NCBI GenBank assembly: GCA_030867685.1
Contig: JAQOWU010000001.1
Location: forward strand, 496,001 to 560,000
Reading direction: 5' to 3'
DNA length: 64,000 bases
Source of the DNA: Wickerhamiella versatilis
Taxonomy: Eukaryota
Part shown: positions 9,670 through 20,672 of the stretch, piece after piece
How positions within the stretch are numbered: the stretch's first letter is position 1
Layout: every line of letters begins with the position of its first letter
The notes under the pieces: generated by a model
What the model was told of the DNA's origin: nothing
The model's input: the letters and a program-made list of their open reading frames with translations, nothing else
The model's database searches: none
Position numbers and translations under genes: made by a program

Positions 9670-11226
9670 CTATGCGTTAAAATCTTTTTCCCGAGGATGG
9701 GCATCTTTTTCAGCATTGACTTTCGCTCGTGCTTTATCAACATGGGGGGCAGCTCCTCCGACAATTTCTTGACGACAGAACTCATTACACTCAGAGAACA
9801 CCCTAGCCTGATTCGCGATTTCACTGAGGCGACCCAATACTTTGCCATTGGAATGGGCAAACCCATAAATTGTATAGTGTAGTCCGAGTTCTTCACAGAA
9901 TTTTATTACTCTGGGCTGTACTTTTCTGTAGTTGTGTCTTGGCATACGGGGAAACAGATGGTGGATCGTCTGGAACTGAAGCCCACCGTGGACATAGTCT
10001 ATCCAAGCTGGGCAGTCGACATCCATAGTGGTCCTCACCTGGTGCTGAGGGAATGATTCCCCAGGGCCCAAATTTGATGTAGACTGAGCAAAATGGGAGA
10101 GAACTATCTGTACATGCACCGGCATGGGAACAATGTTAGAGACCATGAGAAATAGCCAGCGCTCTGAGGGTGTCTCTAGAGCTCTATAACAGACTCGATA
10201 GAAGTACCAGTAGGTGAAAACAACCAGGCCTACCAGCTCAAACCACCTCAGGAAGACAGCTTTTCCCTTCTTAGGGCCTAGTCCGAATAAGACGTATCCC
10301 CACGATAACCTGTACAAGTTGAATCTTCCAAATGATAAAATTGGGTAATAAAGATATTGCTGCAGCGGTACTAGAAAGCGTGCAGCAGCATCAAATGTTA
10401 GAATCTTGTCATAGTAGGTCGAATAAACCGATCCAAAGAGTTTAGACGTGATTGCAAAAAAAGGCAGATGTTGAATATCTGGGTCATGCGTAGGATCGTT
10501 AGTTACCAAGTGGTGAACATTATGATTCCGTTTCCACCACCCAAGACTAAGGCCACCCACGTAGGATCCAAGAAAACAACCGATTAGACTATCAACCCAA
10601 TAGTTATGTGTGATCTCCAGATGTCCAGCATCATGTCCAATAAACACTAGTTGATGCCAGCCCAGTCCGAGCGCTACAGCTGATAGAAATAGCTGCCAGA
10701 GGTTCGAATGTGTTTTGAAAAAGTATATACTTATCGCAAACAGCGAACATATTCGTGACGCTTCCCATGCGTAGGCCCAATAATCGCAATCGAAGCTCCC
10801 ATCCTGCTCAAACTCATGGTAGAGGTCCCAAAACTTCCGTCTTATATTTTCTTGTGTAGCTTCGTCAACGGTCGGGTATCTGCGTTCGTCGGCCTCAAGT
10901 TCCTTTGCGATATTTTTGTCAATGTGCTCACCCTGGGCCGCGGTGCACTTTCTTATCTCTTCCTGTTGAATAGGAGGAACTAAATTCTTCCACGGTAAAG
11001 CAACAGTACCTATCTTCCACCTTTTCATACTTTCAATGGTTTTTTCCGAGTGATACACATCCATTTGGTCAGAAGCATCACGGCCTACCATATGTAAAAT
11101 TGCCTTATCACCACCGGGATGACGATCAATCCACTGGTTGAGCCTCAAGACATCACCGCGATGTATCACAAGTAATTCACCATTTTCAATTCGTTCGCGG
11201 ATATCCGAGGGGCTCAGTAGACCCAT
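9670..11226 (-). CDS. SLD1: Sphingolipid delta-8 desaturase (cytochrome b5 fusion)
   Basis: HPGG b5 motif and His boxes HDAGH, HNVHH and QTIHH. The likely start is MGLLSPS at 11226; the ORF extends in frame to 11343. Confidence 0.9.
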   Translation of the reverse strand: MGLLSPSDIRERIENGELLVIHRGDVLRLNQWIDRHPGGDKAILHMVGRDASDQMDVYHSEKTIESMKRWKIGTVALPWKNLVPPIQQEEIRKCTAAQGEHIDKNIAKELEADERRYPTVDEATQENIRRKFWDLYHEFEQDGSFDCDYWAYAWEASRICSLFAISIYFFKTHSNLWQLFLSAVALGLGWHQLVFIGHDAGHLEITHNYWVDSLIGCFLGSYVGGLSLGWWKRNHNVHHLVTNDPTHDPDIQHLPFFAITSKLFGSVYSTYYDKILTFDAAARFLVPLQQYLYYPILSFGRFNLYRLSWGYVLFGLGPKKGKAVFLRWFELVGLVVFTYWYFYRVCYRALETPSERWLFLMVSNIVPMPVHVQIVLSHFAQSTSNLGPGESFPQHQVRTTMDVDCPAWIDYVHGGLQFQTIHHLFPRMPRHNYRKVQPRVIKFCEELGLHYTIYGFAHSNGKVLGRLSEIANQARVFSECNEFCRQEIVGGAAPHVDKARAKVNAEKDAHPREKDFNA

Positions 11227-11545
11227 CAGAGACGAGGGAATGATGATGTAAGGTGTAAACTGAATAAACGGCACGCGTTCTACGAGAATACGAAATCGGC
11301 AGTCTCCTAATAAGTTGAAGTTATCCCATAAATAAATTCCCATTTATGCTATTGAATACTTTTATATTCTGAAATGACCTCACAGTGGCTTGTCTAAAGC
11401 GACATGGCTTAAAAGAAAGATAGAAATAATCAAAAGACCAAAGTAATTGTTTGTAGCGTCAGCTGCAGCTGTATCAATGGGTTTAGCCTGGTATATTTTT
11501 TGATTAAATGCAAAACAGATTGTCGACCTCTGTGTGACTAATCAC

Positions 11546-12385
11546 ATGACAGACTTCGTGCTTCGGTGGGTCAATTCACCTGCTGCGTCCAATGCCGCGA
11601 GTCGTGCAGTGTCTGACGTTCTAGAGTGCGCAATATGCAATGAAATCATGAGAAATCCATATACTACAAGCTGTGGTCACAGTTTCTGTGGCCCATGTCT
11701 CGCAAACTGGTTTCAAACGAATCCTCAACGAAGGACATGCCCAGCTTGCCGCGCAAGCATTGTAAATGAGCCAGCACCAGCACATGGTCTTCGGCATATT
11801 AGCTATGCTCTAATAGCTGCTTATAATGATGCACACCCAGATAAACCTGTGGATTGGTCTGACGAAGAAAATCGTACGGGCTCAGAAAACCTGTTCAAAG
11901 GAATAAGTTGGGAGCAGGCATACTACGACGAGGATGATGATGTGATGAGATGTCCACATTGCAGTTTTGAGCTCTGGGATGGCCACTGTGAACGCTGTGG
12001 CCGTGATTATGATGTGCCATCAGGCGATAACTACTCTGACCAAGCCATGTTCAGTGACGCTGGCAACGATGGAGGAGATGATGATGCACTGAATACAAGT
12101 GATAGAGAATTTATTGCACCAGATGAGGAGGTAGAGGCAGAGGATGGTATATACGACGATTCAAGTGAAGAATCGGAAGGTTTCTACCCCAGTAGACGTC
12201 GCATACGGCCAATTGAGGACGACGATGACGATGAAGTTGAAGATACAAATATGTACGATGATTCAGAGAATGCGGAGGATGATGGATCTAGTGATGCACC
12301 CATCTACGTTGGTAGCCGGACAGTTGGAGAGTCCGAACCACGGAGCCGTCGTATCATCACTATCGATGATAGTGACTCCGACTGA
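11546..12385 (+). CDS. PSH1: RING E3 ubiquitin ligase, Psh1-like
   Basis: C3HC4 RING (CAIC...CGHSFCGPCL...CPAC), a second CxxC-CxxC motif (RCPHCSFELWDGHCERC) and an acidic tail. Confidence 0.7.
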   Translation: MTDFVLRWVNSPAASNAASRAVSDVLECAICNEIMRNPYTTSCGHSFCGPCLANWFQTNPQRRTCPACRASIVNEPAPAHGLRHISYALIAAYNDAHPDKPVDWSDEENRTGSENLFKGISWEQAYYDEDDDVMRCPHCSFELWDGHCERCGRDYDVPSGDNYSDQAMFSDAGNDGGDDDALNTSDREFIAPDEEVEAEDGIYDDSSEESEGFYPSRRRIRPIEDDDDDEVEDTNMYDDSENAEDDGSSDAPIYVGSRTVGESEPRSRRIITIDDSDSD

Positions 12386-12587
12386 ATGGATAAAAGATTC
12401 CTCTTTTTCTTTGAAATACTTTGTCCTTCTGATAGAAAGGCCATTCTGAAGCGGGGGATAGCACATTGCATTTAATATTTACGTCACGAGCTTAATGGGA
12501 ATACATTCTTACATGATGGAACTATATAGATATTCTTTTCCTCTTAATATATTTTTAGAATTATTCAAAAAATGCCCTCGTGAATAT

Positions 12588-13802
12588 TCATGGTTTTTTG
12601 ATCAATCCTGATTGTCGCAGGGCTTGGTCAAGGTCAGCAATGAGATCATTTGGATTCTCGATTCCAACACAGAGACGAATCAAATCCTCTGGGAATTGGC
12701 GCTCTGCCCGAGTTTTCGCATCAATTGAGGCATGGGACATCTTGCAGGGCAGAGATATCAGAGAATTTACACAGCCAAAGCTTACACTAATTCCCCAGAT
12801 CTTGGTTGCCTCCACGATACGTTCACTTGTAGAGACATCACCCGTTTCGAAGGACACAACTGCACCGGGTCCACGAGCAATACGGCTATGAATTTCCGCG
12901 CCACTGCCTAAAGAGGGGTATCTTACCTTCAGCCCGAGATTGTGAAGGTATGTTGCGATAAGATGAGCATTTGACTGCTGCTTCTCAAATCTTACAGCTA
13001 GTGTCTTGACTCCACGCAGCAACAACCAAGAGTCGAAAGGGGCAAGCCCGCAACCGTTAGCGTTAATCACATTAAAGAGATCGCTCCCAAGTTTAAGATC
13101 ATTCACTGCAATAACCCCAGCCATGATGTCGTGATGTCCGCACAGGAACTTTGTAGCCGACTCGTAGCTCACGTCGGCACCCAGTTCAAGGGGTCTCATG
13201 TTGATGGGGCTCATCATCGTGTTGTCAACAACTACAAGAGCTCGATCAGATAATTCATGAACTGCTTGGCATACTGCTTGGATATCACATATTTTGATCA
13301 AAGGATTGGTTGGGCTCTCTAATAGCACCATGCGGGTCCGCGGATTGACGCAGCTTCGTACAGTGGCCACATCCGTCGTATCTATGTGGCGGACTACAAT
13401 ATCCTGATTGGTCGCCAAGTATTTTAGAAGCCTGTTTGAACCTCCGTAGAGATCATCACCGGCCACTATTTCATCACCTGGTCTAACCAGGCGAGTGAGA
13501 ACATCAAGAGCAGTCATACCACTAGAGACTGCCAGACATCGAGAGGCTCCCATTATTTTAGCCATATGCCTTTCTAGATGGGTTCTTGTGGGGTTTCCAG
13601 AGCGAGTATAGTCATATTCACCCATGTCGCTGAGTGAATCCTGTTTGAAAGTCGCAGACTGATATATTGGGACACTCGAGCTGCGAAACTGATCATTACT
13701 GTCCATATATACCACTTCGGTGTCTAGCGCATACCTCATTACCTGGGCAGGCTGGCTAGGTGCCGCATTCGACGATGCCGGCGAAGGCGGACCGTTATCC
13801 AT
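12588..13802 (-). CDS. STR3: Cystathionine beta-lyase
   Basis: YDYTRSGNPTR, LESPTNP, the PLP lysine motif SATKFLCGH and SVSFGCVNSLIS. Confidence 0.9.
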   Translation of the reverse strand: MDNGPPSPASSNAAPSQPAQVMRYALDTEVVYMDSNDQFRSSSVPIYQSATFKQDSLSDMGEYDYTRSGNPTRTHLERHMAKIMGASRCLAVSSGMTALDVLTRLVRPGDEIVAGDDLYGGSNRLLKYLATNQDIVVRHIDTTDVATVRSCVNPRTRMVLLESPTNPLIKICDIQAVCQAVHELSDRALVVVDNTMMSPINMRPLELGADVSYESATKFLCGHHDIMAGVIAVNDLKLGSDLFNVINANGCGLAPFDSWLLLRGVKTLAVRFEKQQSNAHLIATYLHNLGLKVRYPSLGSGAEIHSRIARGPGAVVSFETGDVSTSERIVEATKIWGISVSFGCVNSLISLPCKMSHASIDAKTRAERQFPEDLIRLCVGIENPNDLIADLDQALRQSGLIKKP

Positions 13803-14088
13803 GTTCGATTCAATCGGTGTGACTAATTCAGAATGTCGTCACCACTAACCAACCTTCCTTCCCACGTCTAAAGCATAAAAATCGATCTAAAAACCATGGC
13901 TAAATTTGTACTTGATATTTTATGTTTTGTCGTTCGTAATATTTGCATTTGTGTCCTGTATCGAGATTTTCTTTGTAGCTCAACAGATCCGTACTTCGAG
14001 TACCCTAGTCACACAAGCCTTTAGACAAGATTTTGATCAGAGAATTTGGACATGAATCTGAGGACCCAATAACGCGTGAATAACTTGA

Positions 14089-15438
14089 TTAGCGGAGGTA
14101 GGACCGCATAATATCACCAAGTTTCGTAGCCCCCTGTTCAAGGGCTGCTTTGACATCCTCCATATCCATGTGCTGAGCAAACTCACCAGCTTTCTGGGCT
14201 ATTTGATGAGCAGCCAAAGAAAGATCTCCTTCGTTGGAATTGGCAATAGGCTCCGATTCGTCTCTACCAAAGTATGAGCTCGATGAAATAGATGTTGCCC
14301 CTGAAAAGCCCTGCAAACGTGATTTGGCCTCTGCGTCTGCGGACGAAGAATTACGGCCAAAAAAGTCATCACTAGAGATTCCTTTAGCTGTACCAAACTT
14401 CTGTGCGATGTTCGACGATGATGCATCATAGTTATCAACAACCTTGGGTTTAGGCTTGGAGACTTGAGGTGGAGCGGTGGCTGCTGTTTGGCCAAATCCA
14501 AATTTTCTGAACTGCTGCACTGGTGGTTCTGACTTCGTCGCCTTCTGGCCAGAATCTGAAGATGGCTTAGTGAAATCAGCATCAGCAGATGTCTGTGGAA
14601 TTGAGCTGCTATTAAACGATTGGGAAGACTTCGGCTCATCCTCAGTAGGATCGTAACCAAGACTTTGAGTCCGTTCCCGCTCCTCCTCAGCCTCTTTCTC
14701 TAGAGCATCGAAATCAATTTCAGCTGCTTTTGGCTTGTGCTTATGGGCCTTTGGCTTCCTTGAACTCAATATAGACCCCTTAGACTTAGTTGCCGCAGGC
14801 TTCTTTTCAGCGGCACTCGGCGCAGGCTTCGCAGTGCTTGCCGGTGTCTGCAGGGAAGAAACGCTACTAGCTGCAGAGGGAGGGCCAGAACGCTTCGCTG
14901 CAGGTTTCTGGGTCATATTAGAAAAGAAAAGATCCTTTCCCTCTGCCTCACTAGGCTCCGATGGTGCTTCAACCTCTGTACTAGCCGAGTCATCATCTAG
15001 TACGTGTTCGCCTGGATGCTCTTTTCTGTCAATTGCCGACAGCCGGCTAAGCTCTTTAACATAGCTTTTAGCAGCACGAGACTCGTATTTCTCTTGGGTA
15101 TTCGAACCTGGGCGTAGGTATTGCTTGCCGCCATGTGACGCGAACCATTCAGCTGCCTTGGCATTACCACCGACTTTCACGTTGCGTAGATGGGCAATCT
15201 GCCAGTTATCCATACTCACGCTACGTACAAAAGTTGTATGCACACCAATATTGCGATGAATAGCAGAGCAGTCATAGCAAATAAAGATGCCGAAAGTCGC
15301 ACTGGCCCAAGCGGGAGCACGGGCACTACAGTCAAAGCATTTACGGTTCTCTGGCTGCTTCTGAGCCCGTGCAAAGAAATCCACGAGGCTCTCTTTATCC
15401 AGTTGTGCCGTCTCCGGCGCTGGGGAGTCGGTATCCAT
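14089..15438 (-). CDS. GLO3: ARF GTPase-activating protein
   Basis: ArfGAP zinc finger CFDC...CYDCSAIHR and the Glo3 motifs [11 protein letters not shown] and [12 protein letters not shown]. Confidence 0.9.
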   Translation of the reverse strand: MDTDSPAPETAQLDKESLVDFFARAQKQPENRKCFDCSARAPAWASATFGIFICYDCSAIHRNIGVHTTFVRSVSMDNWQIAHLRNVKVGGNAKAAEWFASHGGKQYLRPGSNTQEKYESRAAKSYVKELSRLSAIDRKEHPGEHVLDDDSASTEVEAPSEPSEAEGKDLFFSNMTQKPAAKRSGPPSAASSVSSLQTPASTAKPAPSAAEKKPAATKSKGSILSSRKPKAHKHKPKAAEIDFDALEKEAEEERERTQSLGYDPTEDEPKSSQSFNSSSIPQTSADADFTKPSSDSGQKATKSEPPVQQFRKFGFGQTAATAPPQVSKPKPKVVDNYDASSSNIAQKFGTAKGISSDDFFGRNSSSADAEAKSRLQGFSGATSISSSSYFGRDESEPIANSNEGDLSLAAHQIAQKAGEFAQHMDMEDVKAALEQGATKLGDIMRSYLR

Positions 15439-15680
15439 CCTATCTTAGTAATAAGTGTGACGCGTCCTCTCCCTGTTAAATATTGAGATATCACTACGAA
15501 CCTAATGGCGTGAACCCTAGTATTGGCCATCGCCTTCGAGCGAACCCGCTAATTATCAATGTTTAATCCACTCTCTTTCTAAAAAGACTTATGGAGTACA
15601 AGTCTAATTTTTATTGTCTTCAACTATCGTAGTTTCTCAATAATAACCCATTTTCCACCCCGCTTCACCCCTCCAGTGAT

Positions 15681-15716
15681 CTAAGGACTTCCCTGAGTAC
15701 TTCCCTAAGGACTTTT
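15681..15716. repeat. Imperfect 12-bp tandem repeat, three copies (CTAAGGACTTCC) between GLO3 and TIM21
   Basis: Units ctaaggacttcc / ctgagtacttcc / ctaaggactttt read directly from the sequence. Confidence 0.7.
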
Positions 15717-15783
15717 CTTTAACTGCGAAGCGCGGCCCCGTTGGACGATACAATCGCAGTAAAAAAATTTGTCATCATAAGAA

Positions 15784-16392
15784 ATGCTGCGAAGAAGTCT
15801 GGGCTTTCCGCGCATTAAAGCCACTCGGCTTCCATCTAATATTCGAATGAGGTCGACTAAGTCTCAAAGTATAGCCGCTGGTGCAGCTCTTAGGGCAGCA
15901 AGAGTGTTCGGCCGTGCTTCGAGCTTTACTTTTCACACGGGTATTTTCCTAGGCGGTTTAGGACTCATTGGTGTCTGTGGATACTATCTCGTTCATGAGC
16001 TGGTATTGCCCAGTTCTGATGTGCAGATTTTTCAGCGATCATTCGCACTCATCGAGAAGGATGCAAAATCACAGCAGCTGCTCGGAACGAAGATGAAAGC
16101 CCACGGCGAGGACACCCGGAGTCGAAACACAATTAATAGGCCACTGGCGACAAAGAGAGGAGTTGATATGTATGGACGGGAGCATGTAAAGATGCAATTT
16201 CATGTTGATGGCGACAAAGCCTCGGGTGTGGTCCGCTTGGAGCTCATCGACAACCGCGGCCACCTTGATTACCGTTACCTGGTTCTGGAGGTTCCCGGAC
16301 ACTCAAATCACTTCTTGATAAACAAGGAACCACAGAGGCCGAAGGGAACGGGCCTCTTTGGTATCAAATGGGGTCCGCGAAAGAGCGAATAG
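15784..16392 (+). CDS. TIM21: Mitochondrial import inner membrane translocase subunit Tim21
   Basis: Basic presequence, a single TM segment, MKAHGE...GREHVKMQFHVDG and the C-terminal GLFGIKWG. Confidence 0.85.
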   Translation: MLRRSLGFPRIKATRLPSNIRMRSTKSQSIAAGAALRAARVFGRASSFTFHTGIFLGGLGLIGVCGYYLVHELVLPSSDVQIFQRSFALIEKDAKSQQLLGTKMKAHGEDTRSRNTINRPLATKRGVDMYGREHVKMQFHVDGDKASGVVRLELIDNRGHLDYRYLVLEVPGHSNHFLINKEPQRPKGTGLFGIKWGPRKSE

Positions 16393-16649
16393 ATACAGAT
16401 AAACGTCCCCGAATGAACTTAGCATACACCTACATATATATTTCCCACATATTGGCTGATACCGGCTATTAAGTTCTAGTGGTTGCAGAAGCGAGTTGTT
16501 GCCCTGCTTAAGTTGGAACGTTCGAGACATAAGCTAGGAAGAAACAAGATAGCTCAGTTCAGCCTCGCCCGAATATATCATACTGTGCAGTTTTGGACAT
16601 AGCCGTAATAATAAGGACTTGCAAGCGCGCGTAAGAAGATTTCATCACT

Positions 16650-17369
16650 CTAGAGCTCACGAGTGACTGAGGCAACGTTAAAAGGCTGCTTTTCGAGCAA
16701 TGTCTTTTGTCCAGAGCGCGGTTCTATCGTATCGCGGTGCTTACCACCCTGCGGGCCGACTCTAACCTTCTTTCCTGCCTTTAGATCGTCAATAAGCTTC
16801 TTTGTGCTCTCTGGAGTCAAATCCTCGAAATAGTCGTCATTTACCTGCAGCATTGGTGCATTAGAGCAGGCACCAAGGCACTCTACCTCACTAAATGTGA
16901 AAAGCTTGTCCTCAGTGGTGTGCCCCGGACTGACCCCGATCTCCTTTTCGAGTGTCTCCATGATTTCATCACTGCCACGCAACTGGCATGGAGTTGTCGT
17001 ACAGCATTGCACATGGTACTTGCCAACAGGAGTGCGGTTATACATGGTATAAAATGTCGCAACCTCGTATACCCGCATCGGGGGCATTTCCAAGAACTTA
17101 GCAACATAGTTCATGACACTGATCGAGCAGAAGCCGTGCTGACGTTGAGCAAGATCAAGTATCGGCATGACTGCTGCTTTCTTGTACTGAATAGGGTACC
17201 GGGCCATGATGTCCTTAGCTCTCTCGACATTTTCGGGGGTGAGCTCGAACGGAATACCTAGATTATTATCGGGTGTGTCTCTGTGAACTCCGGAGATAGA
17301 ATAATTACGTCTTGCCATGCGAGGGATCGCAGGTATCCCTCTGCGAAAGGACAGCCGGCAGAGCATCAT
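16650..17369 (-). CDS. NDUFV2: NADH:ubiquinone oxidoreductase 24 kDa subunit (NDUFV2/NUHM)
   Basis: [11 protein letters not shown] and the 2Fe-2S cysteines in CTTTPC and ECLGAC. Confidence 0.95.
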   Translation of the reverse strand: MMLCRLSFRRGIPAIPRMARRNYSISGVHRDTPDNNLGIPFELTPENVERAKDIMARYPIQYKKAAVMPILDLAQRQHGFCSISVMNYVAKFLEMPPMRVYEVATFYTMYNRTPVGKYHVQCCTTTPCQLRGSDEIMETLEKEIGVSPGHTTEDKLFTFSEVECLGACSNAPMLQVNDDYFEDLTPESTKKLIDDLKAGKKVRVGPQGGKHRDTIEPRSGQKTLLEKQPFNVASVTREL

Positions 17370-17413
17370 CTCTGCTTATACTATTTGGCGACGGGATGAT
17401 TGGTCACCCCTGT

Positions 17414-17422
17414 GTCACGTGA
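17414..17422. promoter_or_regulatory. Cbf1-type E-box (GTCACGTGA) upstream of NDUFV2
   Basis: Exact RTCACGTG match about 45 nt upstream of the ATG. A similar CACGTGAC sits at 18673-18680 upstream of CUZ1. Confidence 0.45.
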
Positions 17423-17973
17423 TGGATGTCCGAATTGGTTTTCGAGATGCATTATTGTTGCATTGTCAGAAAAATAAGTTGTTTTTCGGGAATTTAATTT
17501 GGTATTTTTTTTCTGATAATGCTCCTCTGAAAGCATTGTTATACGCCAAAGCACTCTGAATATCCAAGCCGCTATAGATCAATAAGGTAACTATAATAAT
17601 ACTAATAATAATAATTTGACCCAACGGGGTTGTCAAAAAGGCATGTCGTAATTCTCTCTCTCGTGTGGATCAAGATATATCCTATAAGGAATGGAAAAAC
17701 TGGTAAGGTCAGTTGTAACCCTTGCCTTGAACAATTTATTGCACCCCGAAATGATGTAGTGGTGATGGCGTTGCCTTACATTGGACCCTTTTTTTTGCAA
17801 TTGATAATTATTATGATTTTCAACTGCTTCGATGATAGTTCATGCTTACTTCATGGACGATCAACAAATTAGGATGCTTGATTTGGGACCACAAAGTTCT
17901 AGTATTCACTTCAAAACCTCTTGATTTAAATGGCTACTATTATTTCTGAATAATGTACAGCAGAAGCCATTGC

Positions 17974-18600
17974 CTACGACTTTAAGACTAATTTTTTACC
18001 TTGCTCGATTGAACCCATGCTAAGACCCGAATCCAATTCCTCGAACCCATGACTCACTGTTTGCAACTTCGATGCTGCACGATCAGCCACTTGCCCCATT
18101 TTCAACGACTTATCAAAGAACAATGGCATGGTTTTTGAAGGCCTAGTCTCCATTTTTCCTGTAAGAGTATTTTTGTAAGATTTAGATGGCCGCTCAACGT
18201 AAACATAAACTCTGGCAGACTCAGGTATCTTAGAATCACCTTGAGCTTCCTTTTTCAATCCTGCCAGAGGATCTGGTTTCCAAGAACCCCTAAATGATCT
18301 ACCTCTCCCTGACACAAGACCCCTGAGCTTTTCCAGCGCGGGATTGGCTTTGCCACCCAATGCTTGACCTCTCGATTGCGAGGGCGTTGTCCCTACTACC
18401 CTATTTTGGCTCTTTGGTGGTGATGAAGGCTCTGATGGCTTTTTCTTAGAGTTCTTATGCACAGGAAGCGGCTCAGGCTCAGCTTCCTGCCTACAGCCAT
18501 GATTACGGTGTTCAAGACATAGATCTGCCCCACAGTGGGGACAGGTAAAAGGCAAAAAGTCAAGTTGTCCACATACAGCACAGTGAACTCCCACGTCCAT
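17974..18600 (-). CDS. CUZ1: AN1-type zinc finger protein, Cuz1-like
   Basis: MDVGVHCAVCGQLDFLPFTCPHC...CLEHR-H, followed by AQGDSKIPESARVYVYV. Confidence 0.8.
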   Translation of the reverse strand: MDVGVHCAVCGQLDFLPFTCPHCGADLCLEHRNHGCRQEAEPEPLPVHKNSKKKPSEPSSPPKSQNRVVGTTPSQSRGQALGGKANPALEKLRGLVSGRGRSFRGSWKPDPLAGLKKEAQGDSKIPESARVYVYVERPSKSYKNTLTGKMETRPSKTMPLFFDKSLKMGQVADRAASKLQTVSHGFEELDSGLSMGSIEQGKKLVLKS

Positions 18601-19057
18601 TAGATTATAGTGAGGCCCTTTGTTTAACAGTTCCTGATAGTGGTTCTCAGGCAGGAAGGAAGTAGGGTACTACACGTGACGTAAGTGGATCCGGAGTACT
18701 GGCTGGAAGATGCTGAGAAAAGAAGGAGACTATCAACAGATTTCTGAATGAGAGTTATTGTGACTTTCTGAAATGTTGGCCTCGAAGAATTGGCAGTTTA
18801 GTCACTAGAGTTTGGGCGGAGGGGTGGCCCCGCATTTAACTAGTTCGAGTGGAGACGGGAGAATTGGAAAGCCAATTACAAGTGAAATACGGCCAGATCC
18901 CGAAAATCTTGATTGAAGTACTAAAATTTTAAATCATCAATTTTCTAATGCAAAACCTGGGCTAGAGGTATGAAAAATAGTTCAAATCGCATGTCTCTTT
19001 TACGAATAAGAAACACGTGCGTCTAATAAATTAGTAACACTCTGCTGCTACGACCTT

Positions 19058-20635
19058 ATGGTGTCTAGGTGGGTACGTTTACTATATGTTGCCCGCGCAG
19101 CTACAATGCCATTAATGATGGAGTTGAAAGAAAACGTACCAGAAGCGCCGGATGTCTCGGAAACAGCCGTCTGGGCACGAGCTCTTGCATCTGTAGTACT
19201 CGTTCTCCTCGGAGGGGTCTTTGCTGGACTTACCATAGGATTAATGGGTCAGGATGAAGTGACTCTCCAGGTGATTGCTCAAAGTGGGGAGCCTAAGGAG
19301 CGAAAGTGCGCTATCAAGGTTCTAAACCTGCTTGCCAAGAGCAAGCACTGGGTTTTGGTTACTTTGCTGTTGAGCAATGTAATCACCAATGAGACCTTGC
19401 CTATTGTGCTTGACCGTATCCTTGGCGGTGGGTGGCCAGCTGTGGTAAGTTCTACCGCAGCAATAGTCATATTCGGTGAGATTATTCCCCAGTCAATATG
19501 CGTGCGTTATGGTCTTCCATTAGGTGCCTTTTTCACCCCATTTGTACGCGTATTAATGTATCTCATGTACCCAGTCGCTGTGCCAATAGCGCAGCTGCTG
19601 GACTATGCTTTGGGTGAAGACCATGGGACAGTATACAAGAAAGCTGGTCTTAAGAGTCTTGTCACTCTCCACCACAACATGGGCAATGATCCTTTGAATA
19701 CTGATGAGGTCACAATTATTAGTGCAGTTCTAGATCTCAAGGCAAAGCCTGTCGAGAAGGTGATGACACCGATTAAGGACGTATTCGTACTGTCAAGTGA
19801 TGCTATCCTAGACGAATCCTTGGTTGAGCAGATCCTTCTCACGGGATTCAATCGTATTCCGATACATGCTCCTGGGGAGCCTCTAAATTTCATGGGTATG
19901 CTACTTGTTCGAACGCTTATCACTTATGATCCAGAAGATGCTATGCCAATTTCTAGTTTCACACTGGCAACTCTTCCGGAGACGTCGCCTGATACTTCGT
20001 GCCTCAATATCTTGAATTATTTCCAGGAAGGAAAGTCGCATATGGTGGCTGTGTCCACAGATCCAGGTGCTGGTAATGGTGTTGTGGGAGTGGTCACCCT
20101 TGAGGATGTAATTGAGGAACTCATCGGTGAAGAAATCGTTGATGAATCCGATGTTTATGTGGATATTGGAAAAGCAATCCGCAGAGTGAACACGCCTATA
20201 CCTGCTCTGAGAAAAGCGGCAGCGGTGTCCCACATGACCAAGAAACTCCGTCCTTCAAATCGTGCCAGAGAACCTCGTGTTACTCATAATTCTAAGATTA
20301 CGATAAAGCATCCTTATGCGGCAGAGGTCGTCAACTCAGAAGCTGCAGCTGTGAGTCGGAATACCGGTAAAGCGTCTCAAGATAGACAGCAAGTAGCATA
20401 CGGTCCAGGTCCAGGGCCGGGGCCAGCATCTGGCCCAGGACCTAGTCGCCCGGATAGTTCTCATCCAGAGACAATATCACGAGAAGATAAAGACGCAATA
20501 AACCTGCGTCTTGGTTCCTTCACGGAAAATATTGTGCATGTAAATGGATTGAACAAAGTTATCATTGCTGATCATCCATCGGAGAATGAGGACGAACCAT
20601 TAGTTAGGGTCAACGATGAGCGGAGGCAGAGCTAA
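19058..20635 (+). CDS. MAM3: CNNM/DUF21-CBS metal homeostasis membrane protein
   Basis: GGVFAGLTIGLMGQD, HWVLVTLLLSNVITNETLP, FQEGKSHM and TLEDVIEELIGEEIVDESD. Confidence 0.9.
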   Translation: MVSRWVRLLYVARAATMPLMMELKENVPEAPDVSETAVWARALASVVLVLLGGVFAGLTIGLMGQDEVTLQVIAQSGEPKERKCAIKVLNLLAKSKHWVLVTLLLSNVITNETLPIVLDRILGGGWPAVVSSTAAIVIFGEIIPQSICVRYGLPLGAFFTPFVRVLMYLMYPVAVPIAQLLDYALGEDHGTVYKKAGLKSLVTLHHNMGNDPLNTDEVTIISAVLDLKAKPVEKVMTPIKDVFVLSSDAILDESLVEQILLTGFNRIPIHAPGEPLNFMGMLLVRTLITYDPEDAMPISSFTLATLPETSPDTSCLNILNYFQEGKSHMVAVSTDPGAGNGVVGVVTLEDVIEELIGEEIVDESDVYVDIGKAIRRVNTPIPALRKAAAVSHMTKKLRPSNRAREPRVTHNSKITIKHPYAAEVVNSEAAAVSRNTGKASQDRQQVAYGPGPGPGPASGPGPSRPDSSHPETISREDKDAINLRLGSFTENIVHVNGLNKVIIADHPSENEDEPLVRVNDERRQS

Positions 20636-20672
20636 AATCTAAAAAATAAATAGACGTTACGAAGGCAATATT

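Noticed and set aside
17630-17872. 80-aa ORF in the NDUFV2-CUZ1 gap, and a passing resemblance of ATTCTCTC...GATCAAG to the U2 snRNA 5' end
   Set aside because: The ORF starts at TTG and has no motif. The invariant U2 branch-pairing sequence GTGTAGTA is absent.
18645-18668. TCAGGCAGGAAGGAAGTAG resembling SRP RNA helix 8
   Set aside because: The stem flanking the GGAA loop does not pair, no surrounding SRP structure is visible, and the site lies in the CUZ1 promoter.
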